Of a stretch of DNA of 64,000 bases, positions 1 to 8,169 are shown piece after piece. Made by a program: the position numbers and the translations under genes. The notes beneath the pieces are model-generated. The model did not search any database. It was not told the DNA's origin and was given only the letters and a program-made list of their open reading frames with translations. Each line of letters opens with the position of its first letter. The stretch's first letter is position 1. This stretch comes from Candidatus Buchananbacteria bacterium (GTDB lineage: Bacteria > Patescibacteriota > Patescibacteriia > 2-01-FULL-39-33 > JBAYJR01), in assembly GCA_041665005.1 (NCBI GenBank), contig JBAYJR010000007.1, positions 3,061-67,060 of the forward strand, written 5' to 3'.

Positions 1-519
1 AACCCCTATCTTACCGATTTTTACAGCGACCGGCCGCGCTGGGCCTTTCATTCACAAATGTTTTTTCTCTCCCAACGCTTAGCCGACCATCACACCTTAA
101 CCCAAGAGGCAGCTTCAGTTATTCAAGATCGCAGTTTATACGAAAATGCCGAAGTTTTTGCCAAAAATTTGTGGCTAGAAAAATCTATGACCAATCGCGA
201 TTATCAAACTTACCGCGATTTCTACGACTTGTTAGTAAAACTACTTCCCCCGCCGGATTTAATAATCTATTTACAAGCCGCCCCAGAAATTTTGCAGCAG
301 CGAATTAAACAACGAGGCCGAAAATTTGAACAAGAAATTCCCCTCACCTATTTAACCCAATTAAACCAGCTCTATGATGATTGGGCTAAAAATTTTAAAC
401 CCTGCCCGGTCTTAACGATTAATACCAATACTCTTAATTTAATTAATAATGATCAAGCCTTTCAACAGGTAACCGAAAAAATCTTAAAAAAACTGGGCGA
501 CAACCCTTTACCTTTTTAA
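1..519 (+). CDS. Deoxynucleoside kinase (5'-truncated by window)
   Basis: Frame is open from base 1 (NPYLTDFYSDRPRWAFHSQM...); DRS motif and PDLIIYL...RIKQRGR lid typical of the dNK family. Confidence 0.9.
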   Translation, partial: NPYLTDFYSDRPRWAFHSQMFFLSQRLADHHTLTQEAASVIQDRSLYENAEVFAKNLWLEKSMTNRDYQTYRDFYDLLVKLLPPPDLIIYLQAAPEILQQRIKQRGRKFEQEIPLTYLTQLNQLYDDWAKNFKPCPVLTINTNTLNLINNDQAFQQVTEKILKKLGDNPLPF

Positions 520-526
520 CTAAACT

Positions 527-551
527 AAAATCGGCCGTTATGGCCGATTTT
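527..551. terminator. Bidirectional intrinsic terminator
   Basis: AAAATCGGCC-gttat-GGCCGATTTT between convergent genes. Confidence 0.8.
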
Positions 552-902
552 TTAATCCACTTCCACCCAACGAATCTCGGGTTTGGCTATTTCCTGATTA
601 ATAATGATCGCTAAAATTATTAACCGCCAAGGTAGGCGCAACTCAAACTGCCATAAATATTCGTAAATTGCCTTGTAAAGCTTGGCTCGCTTAAAAGCGG
701 TAACTGCCTCTTCCGGCCAACCGTGTTGCCGAGTTTTTACTTCCACAAAAATTAATTCCCCAGACTTTTTAGCCACTAAATCCAGTTCGCCCCACCGCGT
801 ATGATAATTTTGCGTTAAAATTTGATAACCGTGGCTTTGTAAATATTCTTTAGCCAAATTTTCCCCCTGCCGACCAAATTCTTGACGGTAAGTCATAGCC
901 AA
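552..902 (-). CDS. yraN: YraN/UPF0102 family endonuclease-like protein
   Basis: G..GE..A..YL...GY.I...NY....GELDLVA and FVEVKTR motifs. Confidence 0.9.
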   Translation of the reverse strand: MAMTYRQEFGRQGENLAKEYLQSHGYQILTQNYHTRWGELDLVAKKSGELIFVEVKTRQHGWPEEAVTAFKRAKLYKAIYEYLWQFELRLPWRLIILAIIINQEIAKPEIRWVEVD

Positions 903-911
903 AAATTTGTT

Positions 912-1322
912 TTATTTTTTCCGCCGGGGCAAATATTTATTAATTTCGGTTTGTTGCTGTAAATTACTTTTTTGTTTCGGCACTTCTTGTAAACAATATT
1001 TAATAATCACGCTCAACCAAACTACCGCGCCAACCAACCAAACTAACCACCAAGCGCGCATGGACAAAATAGTCGCCTGTTCATAATCAAACCAATAAAG
1101 CAAAGCGGCAAAAAAAGTTAAGGTACCCGACCAATAAGCTAGTTTACCCGCCACCTTGGCCCAAATTCTATCACGTTTTTTCCAATTGGTATAAATAATG
1201 CTAGCGATTAAAATAACCAAACCAGCAATCAATAAACTTTTTAAACAAAGCTGCCCCCGAGCGGAAAGCGCTTCTGGTTGCACACTAAACCAATACCAAA
1301 GGTCTGTAAAATGCCAATTCAT
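912..1322 (-). CDS. Hypothetical membrane protein (about 3 TM)
   Basis: Hydrophobic segments, basic C-terminus KYLPRRKK, operonic spacing. Confidence 0.7.
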   Translation of the reverse strand: MNWHFTDLWYWFSVQPEALSARGQLCLKSLLIAGLVILIASIIYTNWKKRDRIWAKVAGKLAYWSGTLTFFAALLYWFDYEQATILSMRAWWLVWLVGAVVWLSVIIKYCLQEVPKQKSNLQQQTEINKYLPRRKK

Positions 1323-1331
1323 AATAAAAAA

Positions 1332-1883
1332 TTATTTTATAAAAATTATGCCATAATGATACTCGCCGGCCGAAAATTCATCAGTGAGTTTCAAACCATT
1401 AACTTCAGCTAATTGTTTAACTTTTTCTGGAGAAATTCTTTGACTAACTTTGGGACCAAATGGTGCACCGGACATTTTCCAATCCAAAACCAACAAATGA
1501 CCGCCCAACTTTAACAATCTAGCCGCTTCCTTAAACATTGCTTCTTGATTAGTACTTTGGAATAAAACATTTTTTAACACCGCCACGTCAATTGAGGCCG
1601 GATCAATTCTAGTCGCGCCAACTTTTTCTAAATCGCTCCAAACCGTAATTACGTTTTCCAAACCTTCCGCCACGGCTAAATTATTTACCGATTTCAAGGC
1701 GGTTTTTAAAATATCCACGGCATAAACCAAACCCTCCTTGCCAACTAGCTTAGCGGCGGGCAAAACAAAATGCCCCAAATTGCCACAACCCAAATCCGCC
1801 ACCTTCATGCCGGCGGTTAATTTTAAGTGTTTAAATACCTCTTCGCTATTAATTAAAATATTGCCTCCCGAGATTTTAACCAT
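1332..1883 (-). CDS. Class I SAM-dependent methyltransferase
   Basis: VADLGCG motif I, YAVD motif II, LKLGG..LVLDW. Confidence 0.9.
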   Translation of the reverse strand: MVKISGGNILINSEEVFKHLKLTAGMKVADLGCGNLGHFVLPAAKLVGKEGLVYAVDILKTALKSVNNLAVAEGLENVITVWSDLEKVGATRIDPASIDVAVLKNVLFQSTNQEAMFKEAARLLKLGGHLLVLDWKMSGAPFGPKVSQRISPEKVKQLAEVNGLKLTDEFSAGEYHYGIIFIK

Positions 1884-2033
1884 AAAAGCTTAGTTAAAAA
1901 TTTTCTTATTACTAATATTTTAGCATATTTTATAATAAACATAAACTATCAAACCCAAGCCACGGGTAATTCAGCGACTCATTGACAAAAAAGCTAATTA
2001 CCGCTATAAAGGATAAAATAAGGAGGAATAAAT

Positions 2034-2324
2034 ATGGGACAAAAAACCGTAACGATTAATGGCCGAAAATTCGTCTACATAAAAGGCGTAATTACTGCCC
2101 TAGTTATTAACTGCGGGACAGTAACCATAAAACGGGGACAAAAAGTCCAGTCAAATGGGAGAATTTTTACCCCAAATGGCACGCCTGGAAAAATTGTCAG
2201 AATCCACAATCCCGAGGGCAAAGGACTTACTTCCGATGTATTGGAAGTAAAATTTAGAGGGTATAAAAATACCTATATGATGAAATCTAAGGATTTAATC
2301 CTAAATCCCCAAGCCTCAACTTAA
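2034..2324 (+). CDS. Hypothetical basic beta-rich protein (possibly SH3/KOW-like)
   Basis: Own TTGACA promoter (about 1982) and SD AAGGAGG; fold is a guess. Confidence 0.65.
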   Translation: MGQKTVTINGRKFVYIKGVITALVINCGTVTIKRGQKVQSNGRIFTPNGTPGKIVRIHNPEGKGLTSDVLEVKFRGYKNTYMMKSKDLILNPQAST

Positions 2325-3007
2325 AGTTGAGGTTTTTTTATTACTTTTAAATTTTTAATCGGCCGATAGCTTTGCCGGTGCTGCTGTATGGCTCCGTATT
2401 TTTTTAAAGCCTGCTGATGTTGTTTAGTGCCATAACCGACGTGACTAGCAAAACCATACTGCGGATATTGCTGGTGTAATTGTTTCATTAAATCATCTCG
2501 GTAAACTTTAGCAATAATGGAAGCCGCGGCAATACACCAAACCTTAGCATCGCCAGCAATAATACTTTGACTAGGAAAAAAGTTTTTACCCAAATGCGGA
2601 CCATCCACCAAAAAATAATCGGGTTTAATTTTTAATTTAGCCACGGCCCGGCGCATGGCCAAAATATTGGCCGCCCCCAAACCAATCGCATCAATTTCCC
2701 AACTTTCCACTTGGCCAATTCCCCAAATAATATTTTCTTTTAACCAAGCGGCGGCCTTAACGCGTTGCTCATGATTTAATTTTTTAGAATCTCTAATTAG
2801 CTTGTGCGCGAAGCGCACTCCTGAACTTTCCCGCCCAAGGCGGGTCAGCCTCGGGCTGATAATTTTTAATTTTACATTTTCAATTATCGTTGCACCTGCA
2901 ACGATTGGCCCCGCCCACGCTCCCCGCCCGACCTCATCTAAACCACAAACCAAGTTGTAGCCCTGTTTAAATAGTTGCTGTTCTAATTTTTTAGTGGGTT
3001 GTTTCAT
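2321..3007 (-). CDS. rnhB: Ribonuclease HII with in-frame palindromic insertion
   Basis: GLDEVGRG, DSKK, LVDG, IAAASIIAK and GYGT motifs. Confidence 0.95.
   Translation of the reverse strand: MKQPTKKLEQQLFKQGYNLVCGLDEVGRGAWAGPIVAGATIIENVKLKIISPRLTRLGRESSGVRFAHKLIRDSKKLNHEQRVKAAAWLKENIIWGIGQVESWEIDAIGLGAANILAMRRAVAKLKIKPDYFLVDGPHLGKNFFPSQSIIAGDAKVWCIAAASIIAKVYRDDLMKQLHQQYPQYGFASHVGYGTKQHQQALKKYGAIQQHRQSYRPIKNLKVIKKPQL
2804..2859. repeat. Three tandem 6-bp-stem/3-nt-loop palindromes inside rnhB
   Basis: GTGCGC-gaa-GCGCAC, CCCGCC-caa-GGCGGG, TCAGCC-tcg-GGCTGA. Confidence 0.8.
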
Positions 3008-3026
3008 ACCTTTATTATAGCAAAAT

Positions 3027-3054
3027 AAAAGAGCCCCTAACTAAGGGCTCTTTT
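3027..3054 (-). terminator. Intrinsic terminator after trxA
   Basis: AAAAGAGCCC...GGGCTCTTTT. Confidence 0.75.
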
Positions 3055-3066
3055 TGGCCATCAAAC

Positions 3067-3390
3067 CTAAGCTAATTTCTTTAATTTTTCCGCTAAAATT
3101 TCTTTCGGGGTCACACCATGCATTTCTTCTATCATTTTGCCATCTTTAAAAATCATTAGGGTTGGAATGGACATAATGCCAAATTTTCCGGCCGTAGTTT
3201 GATTTTCCTCAATGTTCATTTTAGCCACTTTGACTGGTTGACCGGCTAAATCTTTGGCTAACTCTTCGATGATCGGCCCTTGAATTTGACACGGCCCGCA
3301 CCAGGGCGCAAAAAAATCTACCAACACTGGGCCCGTACCCTTTAAAACCTCGGACTCAAAATTTGAGTCAGTTAAAATTAATTCTGACAT
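3067..3390 (-). CDS. trxA: Thioredoxin
   Basis: WCGPC active site, SIPT cis-Pro motif. Confidence 0.95.
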   Translation of the reverse strand: MSELILTDSNFESEVLKGTGPVLVDFFAPWCGPCQIQGPIIEELAKDLAGQPVKVAKMNIEENQTTAGKFGIMSIPTLMIFKDGKMIEEMHGVTPKEILAEKLKKLA

Positions 3391-3410
3391 ATTTTGTAGA
3401 AAATTATTAA

Positions 3411-3632
3411 TTAAGTTATTTTAAATAATTCTTTGGCTAAACTTTCTAATTCCTTTTTACTGCAATTTTCACACTCTTCTTTTATTACCTCTCTGGCTAA
3501 TTTAGCTAAAGAAGCTCGGGCCGCTAAAATTTGGGCCATAACTTGTCCACAAGATTTTTTAGCCTGTAACATTTTTTCAATTCCTGTCACTTGGCCAGCA
3601 ATACGGTGCAAATGATTAGTTTGCTTGGACAT
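3411..3632 (-). CDS. CsoR/RcnR-family transcriptional repressor
   Basis: L.RI.GQ..GI..M.....C..V..Q..A.R..L signature. Confidence 0.88.
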   Translation of the reverse strand: MSKQTNHLHRIAGQVTGIEKMLQAKKSCGQVMAQILAARASLAKLAREVIKEECENCSKKELESLAKELFKIT

Positions 3633-3673
3633 AAATTAACGTTTAAAAATTAGTTAATCCGCTTATTTATTAT

Positions 3674-3692
3674 TATACCCCTCTGGAGTATA
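3674..3692. promoter_or_regulatory. CsoR/RcnR-type operator in the repressor's own promoter
   Basis: TATACCCC-tct-GGAGTATA, immediately downstream of the minus-strand -35 (TTGACA, 3695-3700). Confidence 0.75.
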
Positions 3693-3745
3693 GCTGTCAA
3701 AACCAGCTTCTTTTTTTAATTAACAATGGGCCCACCTGGTCGGTC

Positions 3746-3774
3746 TTGACAAAATTTTAATTATCTGCTAATAT
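3746..3774 (+). promoter_or_regulatory. Sigma70 promoter
   Basis: TTGACA-17 nt-TAATAT with extended TG. Confidence 0.7.
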
Positions 3775-3990
3775 TAGACACATCACGAAAGTGAAATCCA
3801 CATCCAAAGGGGGTACTATGTATGATTCCACCGGATAACTTGATCCACAAGAAGAATCAAATAGTACTTTATGTGATTTAATTCCCGAATTTCCAAACCG
3901 CGCCACGGCTACAACAATTAACAGGAGGTGGTATCAATGTGGTCAAGCCGTACCATAAAGGGATACATCTAGTCTTTATTATAAATTTCT

Positions 3991-4035
3991 AAGCAGTGCC
4001 AACTTTTGGTAACACCAATACCGGCACTGCTTTTT
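3991..4035 (+). terminator. Intrinsic terminator
   Basis: AAGCAGTGCC...GGCACTGCTT followed by a T-tract. Confidence 0.7.
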
Positions 4036-4083
4036 ACTTTTACGACTATTGACAAAGATCTTAAAAAATAGTAAACTTTAGGC

Positions 4084-4314
4084 AAATTAGAGGCTACAGA
4101 AGCAGTATTAGAGTTCCCCCTTCATAAATTTGGTTAACATCAATTTGAGTGAAAATAACGCTACAACAACTCTACCAGACGGTCTCAAAACCGTCTCCCC
4201 TAGAACGCCTAATCTACTTCTCACTCTAACCCAAACCTACCGGAAAAGGCGAAAAACAGCTCGCCTATTCCTCCAGCGACGCCCGGGAAACCAAACCTTC
4301 CCGGGTATTTTTTT
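4084..4314 (+). ncRNA. Candidate small RNA 1 (C-rich motifs)
   Basis: TTGACA-17-TAAACT promoter 4049-4077; internal hairpins; CCCGGGAA/TTCCCGGG + T7 terminator; no SD-led ORF. Confidence 0.5.
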
Positions 4315-4372
4315 GTGAAAATTTTATAATTTTAAAGCTTTAATTGCTTTGATATTTTTGTAAAATAAAAAT

Positions 4373-4401
4373 CCCCGTGTCTAGTTAATCTAGGCACGGG
4401 G
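4373..4401 (-). terminator. Intrinsic terminator of the orphan operon
   Basis: CCCCGTGTCTAG/CTAGGCACGGGG with a T-rich tail on the minus strand. Confidence 0.75.
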
Positions 4402-4416
4402 CGAGATTTTTTAGGC

Positions 4417-5139
4417 TTAAAAATTTCCAATAAGTCCGCTAACCAGGGAGGCGGCTTCCTTATCAACGTTTTTATAACGAAGATATTCCTTATCAATGTA
4501 GGCAAGGGCGTTTGTTAAGACCTCAATATCCGATTCAACTTCCCGCATCTGTTTTAAAATCCTAGGAATATTTCCATAAAAATCTTGATAATCATACTTT
4601 AAAACATACGGGAGACAGTTTCTTAAACACCAAGCTTTAGTTTCTTTGCAGTTAAATCTAAAGTCACGACTACGAAAATAATTAACTATATTTTCAGATA
4701 AGGGTTCAATGCTTAACCCCATTATATACACTAACTGCATTTCGTGTAACTTACAGCTACTATTTGCATCTAAGTTCTCCCCCAAAATCAACCCCAAGCT
4801 TTGTTTAATCTTAATTAGTGAATTAAAATTATCACACTTCATTCTGAGCTCACAAAAAATCTTACAAAACTCCAGAAAATACAAATCGGGATTATTAACT
4901 AGACATTCATGTATTCCCAAGTCGCACCACTTTCGCCATAATTTTAGATCATTAGTTTCTGAGGGCCCGATTGAAAGTGCGTAAGCCCTAAAAAGATTAA
5001 ACCTTCTTTCGGTCTCCATTTCACCAAAAGTCTTACGGACAAACTTAAACAAGCTTTGCTTTTTTTGTTTTAACTCGCAATACCAACCAACCAAAAAAAG
5101 TATTACTTTTTTACTCCGTTCAATAAACTTAGTATCCAT
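4417..5139 (-). CDS. Hypothetical orphan protein
   Basis: SD AAGGAGG before ATG at 5139; long ORF with no recognisable motif. Confidence 0.75.
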   Translation of the reverse strand: MDTKFIERSKKVILFLVGWYCELKQKKQSLFKFVRKTFGEMETERRFNLFRAYALSIGPSETNDLKLWRKWCDLGIHECLVNNPDLYFLEFCKIFCELRMKCDNFNSLIKIKQSLGLILGENLDANSSCKLHEMQLVYIMGLSIEPLSENIVNYFRSRDFRFNCKETKAWCLRNCLPYVLKYDYQDFYGNIPRILKQMREVESDIEVLTNALAYIDKEYLRYKNVDKEAASLVSGLIGNF

Positions 5140-5265
5140 TTTTTCCTCCTTTTTTATTGTAAATAACAAATTTTATTTTAAGCTTATGCTCTTCTGAAAA
5201 ATCTAAAAAGATATTTTAAATTTTTCGGAAAAGTGGGCAACGAATTTTTATCGTTGCCCAAAAAT

Positions 5266-5931
5266 TTACTTAACCAAGTCTGGCAGAATCATTGTGGCGA
5301 CTGCCAATTCCCCAAGTGTTTCTGTAGAAGGAAACCTTGGAATAGCATCAACAATGCTCAGGCCGTAAACAATGTCCCACGGCCCAGGCTTGGGGTCAAT
5401 GCCAACAATCACTAAATTATCGGAATCGACCACTTCGCTACCCCAACTTCTCCAACCCCTCACCAATTTTTGCTCGTGGACAAATTCAAATGTTACAATC
5501 GCCTCGGCCAAAATTGTAGAATTGGCACGGACAATCTCGGCTTGATTTAGGGTTAATTTATTTAATTCTTCTTCTTGATCTTCCCAAGATATTCCCGGAA
5601 AACTTTTGAAAAAATTAATTAAATAATAACCCGGGGCGAGTGGAACGATACTTTGCCAGCCCCATTCCCCTTGAGGATAATTAAAGCCCTTAATAGCTTT
5701 TTTATCCAGCTTATAAAGACTTTGACCGGAGTAGTAGTACAGCGACCACAGTGCCCCGTGACTATTCTCCTCAGCACACTGCCAAAGAGTTTCCTCTGGA
5801 TAAAGAACTAGATCGCCGGGGGTTTCAGTGCCCCAAACAATCTCCCCTTTCCAGAAGGAAAGATTTTGCTCTTTGGTGATAACTCTTTTTTCGCCCAAAA
5901 TTCTTTGGGCTCTGAACAATGACGTTGTCAT
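5266..5931 (-). CDS. Hypothetical protein (possible CLec/FGE-like C-terminal fold)
   Basis: SD AAGGAG before ATG at 5931; Trp/Tyr-rich; fold is inference. Confidence 0.75.
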   Translation of the reverse strand: MTTSLFRAQRILGEKRVITKEQNLSFWKGEIVWGTETPGDLVLYPEETLWQCAEENSHGALWSLYYYSGQSLYKLDKKAIKGFNYPQGEWGWQSIVPLAPGYYLINFFKSFPGISWEDQEEELNKLTLNQAEIVRANSTILAEAIVTFEFVHEQKLVRGWRSWGSEVVDSDNLVIVGIDPKPGPWDIVYGLSIVDAIPRFPSTETLGELAVATMILPDLVK

Positions 5932-5961
5932 CTTGTTCTCCTTTTTTATTTTTTGTATCAA

Positions 5962-6162
5962 CTATTTTCCAAAAATTACCATGACGTAAACTATAAACAA
6001 CAACTGAAACAAGCGATGAAAAAACTTTAGATATAAAAAGGAATTTTTATCCTCCTCATTTTTATATTTTATACTCCAAGGCTTGCCCAAGTTCCACAAT
6101 AACCAAAAAACAAAAAATTTTATGACAACATTTGCTAAATAAAAAATTACCGTTGAAAACAT
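5962..6162 (-). CDS. Small 2-TM membrane protein
   Basis: SD GGAAGGAG before ATG; two hydrophobic helices. Confidence 0.65.
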   Translation of the reverse strand: MFSTVIFYLANVVIKFFVFWLLWNLGKPWSIKYKNEEDKNSFLYLKFFHRLFQLLFIVYVMVIFGK

Positions 6163-6312
6163 TTTTATTTCTCCTTCCCACGTTTAGCCGTGGGTGCATG
6201 TAAAGAACTATTTTTCGGTCTAAAGACCTTCTTAAATACTCAAAAATGTTTTTAATATTTAAGAAGATAGAGGTGACGTTATGTTTTTTGACCACCTCTA
6301 AAAAATAAAAAA

Positions 6313-6993
6313 CTATTTGCGATAAAACAGTTTGTATTTACCATCAACCGCGACACAGTGCGTCGGCGGCTCGTGCTGATTAATTCGTCTAAACTCCGCC
6401 TTAGACAATTTAACCACCCTGCCATCCGACAGCAACATCTCCGATCGGGTATAACTGCAAACCTTTGTTTCGTTTTCTTTTATGTACCCCTGATTCTCAT
6501 GCTCATAGTCATAAGAAAATGACTTAATAATCAAGCCAAATTTGTCCCGGCAAAAATAAAAGCCACTAACTCCGTAGCCGGGAACAACCACCGGCATAAC
6601 ATCTTCAATGATTGGCAAATTTTGAAAATAATAAAAATGATCGCCAATCCCCCAATACCCATATCCGTCCCCAGTATCAAACACTGGAGTTTTCTCCAAC
6701 CAACGGATGGTTAGTAAATAACTGACTGACCGGATTATCCGACAAATCGGAAAAAAACAAAAAAAGCCACATGTAACACCTAATCCTACCCAGGCTTTTG
6801 CCAATAATGGTTCCTGCGAATCATAAGAAATGAACCAAATAATAACTAAATAGAACAGCAAGATCAAAACCAAAAGAATAAGGGATTTTATTAAGTTGGT
6901 TTTAATATATTCAACTTGATCCCTCAAAGACTTTTGCCTTTCTCCGTTTGTCGAATACCTTTCCAGAACCTTTTCAACTAAAGGGTTTTTCAT
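6313..6993 (-). CDS. Hypothetical protein, 2 TM plus soluble C-terminal domain
   Basis: SD GGAGG before ATG at 6993; upstream TTGACA-17-TATACT promoter. Confidence 0.75.
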   Translation of the reverse strand: MKNPLVEKVLERYSTNGERQKSLRDQVEYIKTNLIKSLILLVLILLFYLVIIWFISYDSQEPLLAKAWVGLGVTCGFFCFFPICRIIRSVSYLLTIRWLEKTPVFDTGDGYGYWGIGDHFYYFQNLPIIEDVMPVVVPGYGVSGFYFCRDKFGLIIKSFSYDYEHENQGYIKENETKVCSYTRSEMLLSDGRVVKLSKAEFRRINQHEPPTHCVAVDGKYKLFYRK

Positions 6994-7074
6994 ATTTTTT
7001 TCCTCCATTTTCAATGAACGATTTTTTAAGCTACTTTTAGCTTAACAACTAAGTATAAGCTAATTTTAAGCATT

Positions 7075-7092
7075 TGTCAATAGTATCCGACA
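7075..7092. promoter_or_regulatory. TGTC-N10-GACA operator overlapping the -35 of the leftward operon
   Basis: Reverse complement TGTCGGATACTATTGACA resembles the site at 7163-7180. Confidence 0.6.
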
Positions 7093-7162
7093 TTAGTAAA
7101 TACAGGCTATTTTGCATATTTTTTTAACTTGACAAATATTGTTGATTATGAAATAATAACTG

Positions 7163-7180
7163 TGTCGGAAAACTACGACA
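7163..7180. promoter_or_regulatory. TGTC-N10-GACA operator downstream of the TrmB promoter
   Basis: TGTCGGAAAACTACGACA, just after the promoter whose -35 TTGACA is at 7129. Confidence 0.6.
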
Positions 7181-7209
7181 TTCTATTAAAATAAGTCTAC
7201 CAGTATTTT

Positions 7210-7279
7210 GTCATTGCGAACCGCCAACTGGCGGTGAAGCAATCTCCCAAGATCGCTACGGCAATAGCCTCGCGATGAC
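7210..7279. repeat. REP-like palindromic element (GTCATTGCGA...TCGCGATGAC type)
   Basis: Terminal inverted repeat, internal GAAGCAATCT and CCGCC/GGCGG hairpin. Confidence 0.7.
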
Positions 7280-7293
7280 TACCATTGTTTCAT

Positions 7294-8103
7294 ATGGAAC
7301 TATCCCAAGAATTAGCAAAATTTGGCCTGGATGGCCGTAAAGGCCTGGTTTACCTGGCAATTTTAGAATTGGGCCAAGCCACTGTGCATCAAATAGCCCT
7401 AAAATCAGGCATTAAACGAACCACCTGCTATGACATTATTGATCAACTATTACTTGACGGCCTATCCCGTCAAGTATCCTCCGGCAAGCGAACAGTTATT
7501 ACAGCGGAAAACCCCGAAAACCTAAAACTGGCCTACCGACGCAAATTAGAGCTGGTAGACCAATTATTACCCGAACTAAAAGCCTTCTATAACTTAAGCC
7601 AGACGAAGCCAAAAATTAGCGTTTTTGAGGGTCGTGAACAAATACTTCTGCTATATCGCGATTCGCTGACAGATAATCCGGACAAGCGGCTTTATACCCT
7701 AACGGCAGCTACGGAGTTAGTCCAAAGCCTGGGTCCTGATCATGAAAAATATATTGCTGACCGAGTTAAGCTAGGTATTAAAGTAAAAGGAATTGCTCCC
7801 GATTCGCCTGAAGCCAGAATTTATGCTGAACGAGGAAAAAACGAATTACGCGACGTCAAAATCTGCCCCGCCGACAAATATCCTTTTGGCGTTGAAATAA
7901 TGCTCTACAGTCAAAAAGTAGCCATTATGTCCATTAAGGAAACGGAGCTAGTAGGAATCTTAATTGAAAGCCAAGAAATCCACAAAACCCTAAAATCAAT
8001 TTTTAACTTGTGTTGGGACTTGCTACCACAGTATTTACCAGCCGAAACCGCGATATCAAACAGTCAACTTTTAACACCAGCAAATCCGCCGAATGTTTCT
8101 TAG
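7294..8103 (+). CDS. TrmB-family transcriptional regulator
   Basis: N-terminal wHTH (VYLAILELG...IA..SGIKRTT.Y) and C-terminal sensor domain ending F.L.W. Confidence 0.88.
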   Translation: MELSQELAKFGLDGRKGLVYLAILELGQATVHQIALKSGIKRTTCYDIIDQLLLDGLSRQVSSGKRTVITAENPENLKLAYRRKLELVDQLLPELKAFYNLSQTKPKISVFEGREQILLLYRDSLTDNPDKRLYTLTAATELVQSLGPDHEKYIADRVKLGIKVKGIAPDSPEARIYAERGKNELRDVKICPADKYPFGVEIMLYSQKVAIMSIKETELVGILIESQEIHKTLKSIFNLCWDLLPQYLPAETAISNSQLLTPANPPNVS

Positions 8104-8169
8104 GAAACCATTGACTAATTTAAAATAATACTCTAGGATAAAATTATCAACCAACAGGAGGAAGCTTAA

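Noticed and set aside
6062-6295. 77-aa minus-strand ORF
   Set aside because: Starts inside a hairpin and overlaps the SD-led 5962-6162 gene in another frame
4373-7020. Integron cassette array or prophage
   Set aside because: No integrase, recognisable attC cores or phage genes seen
7286-7301. TGTTTCATATGGAACT as a parS site
   Set aside because: Mismatches at the central CG and the terminal base; overlaps a start codon
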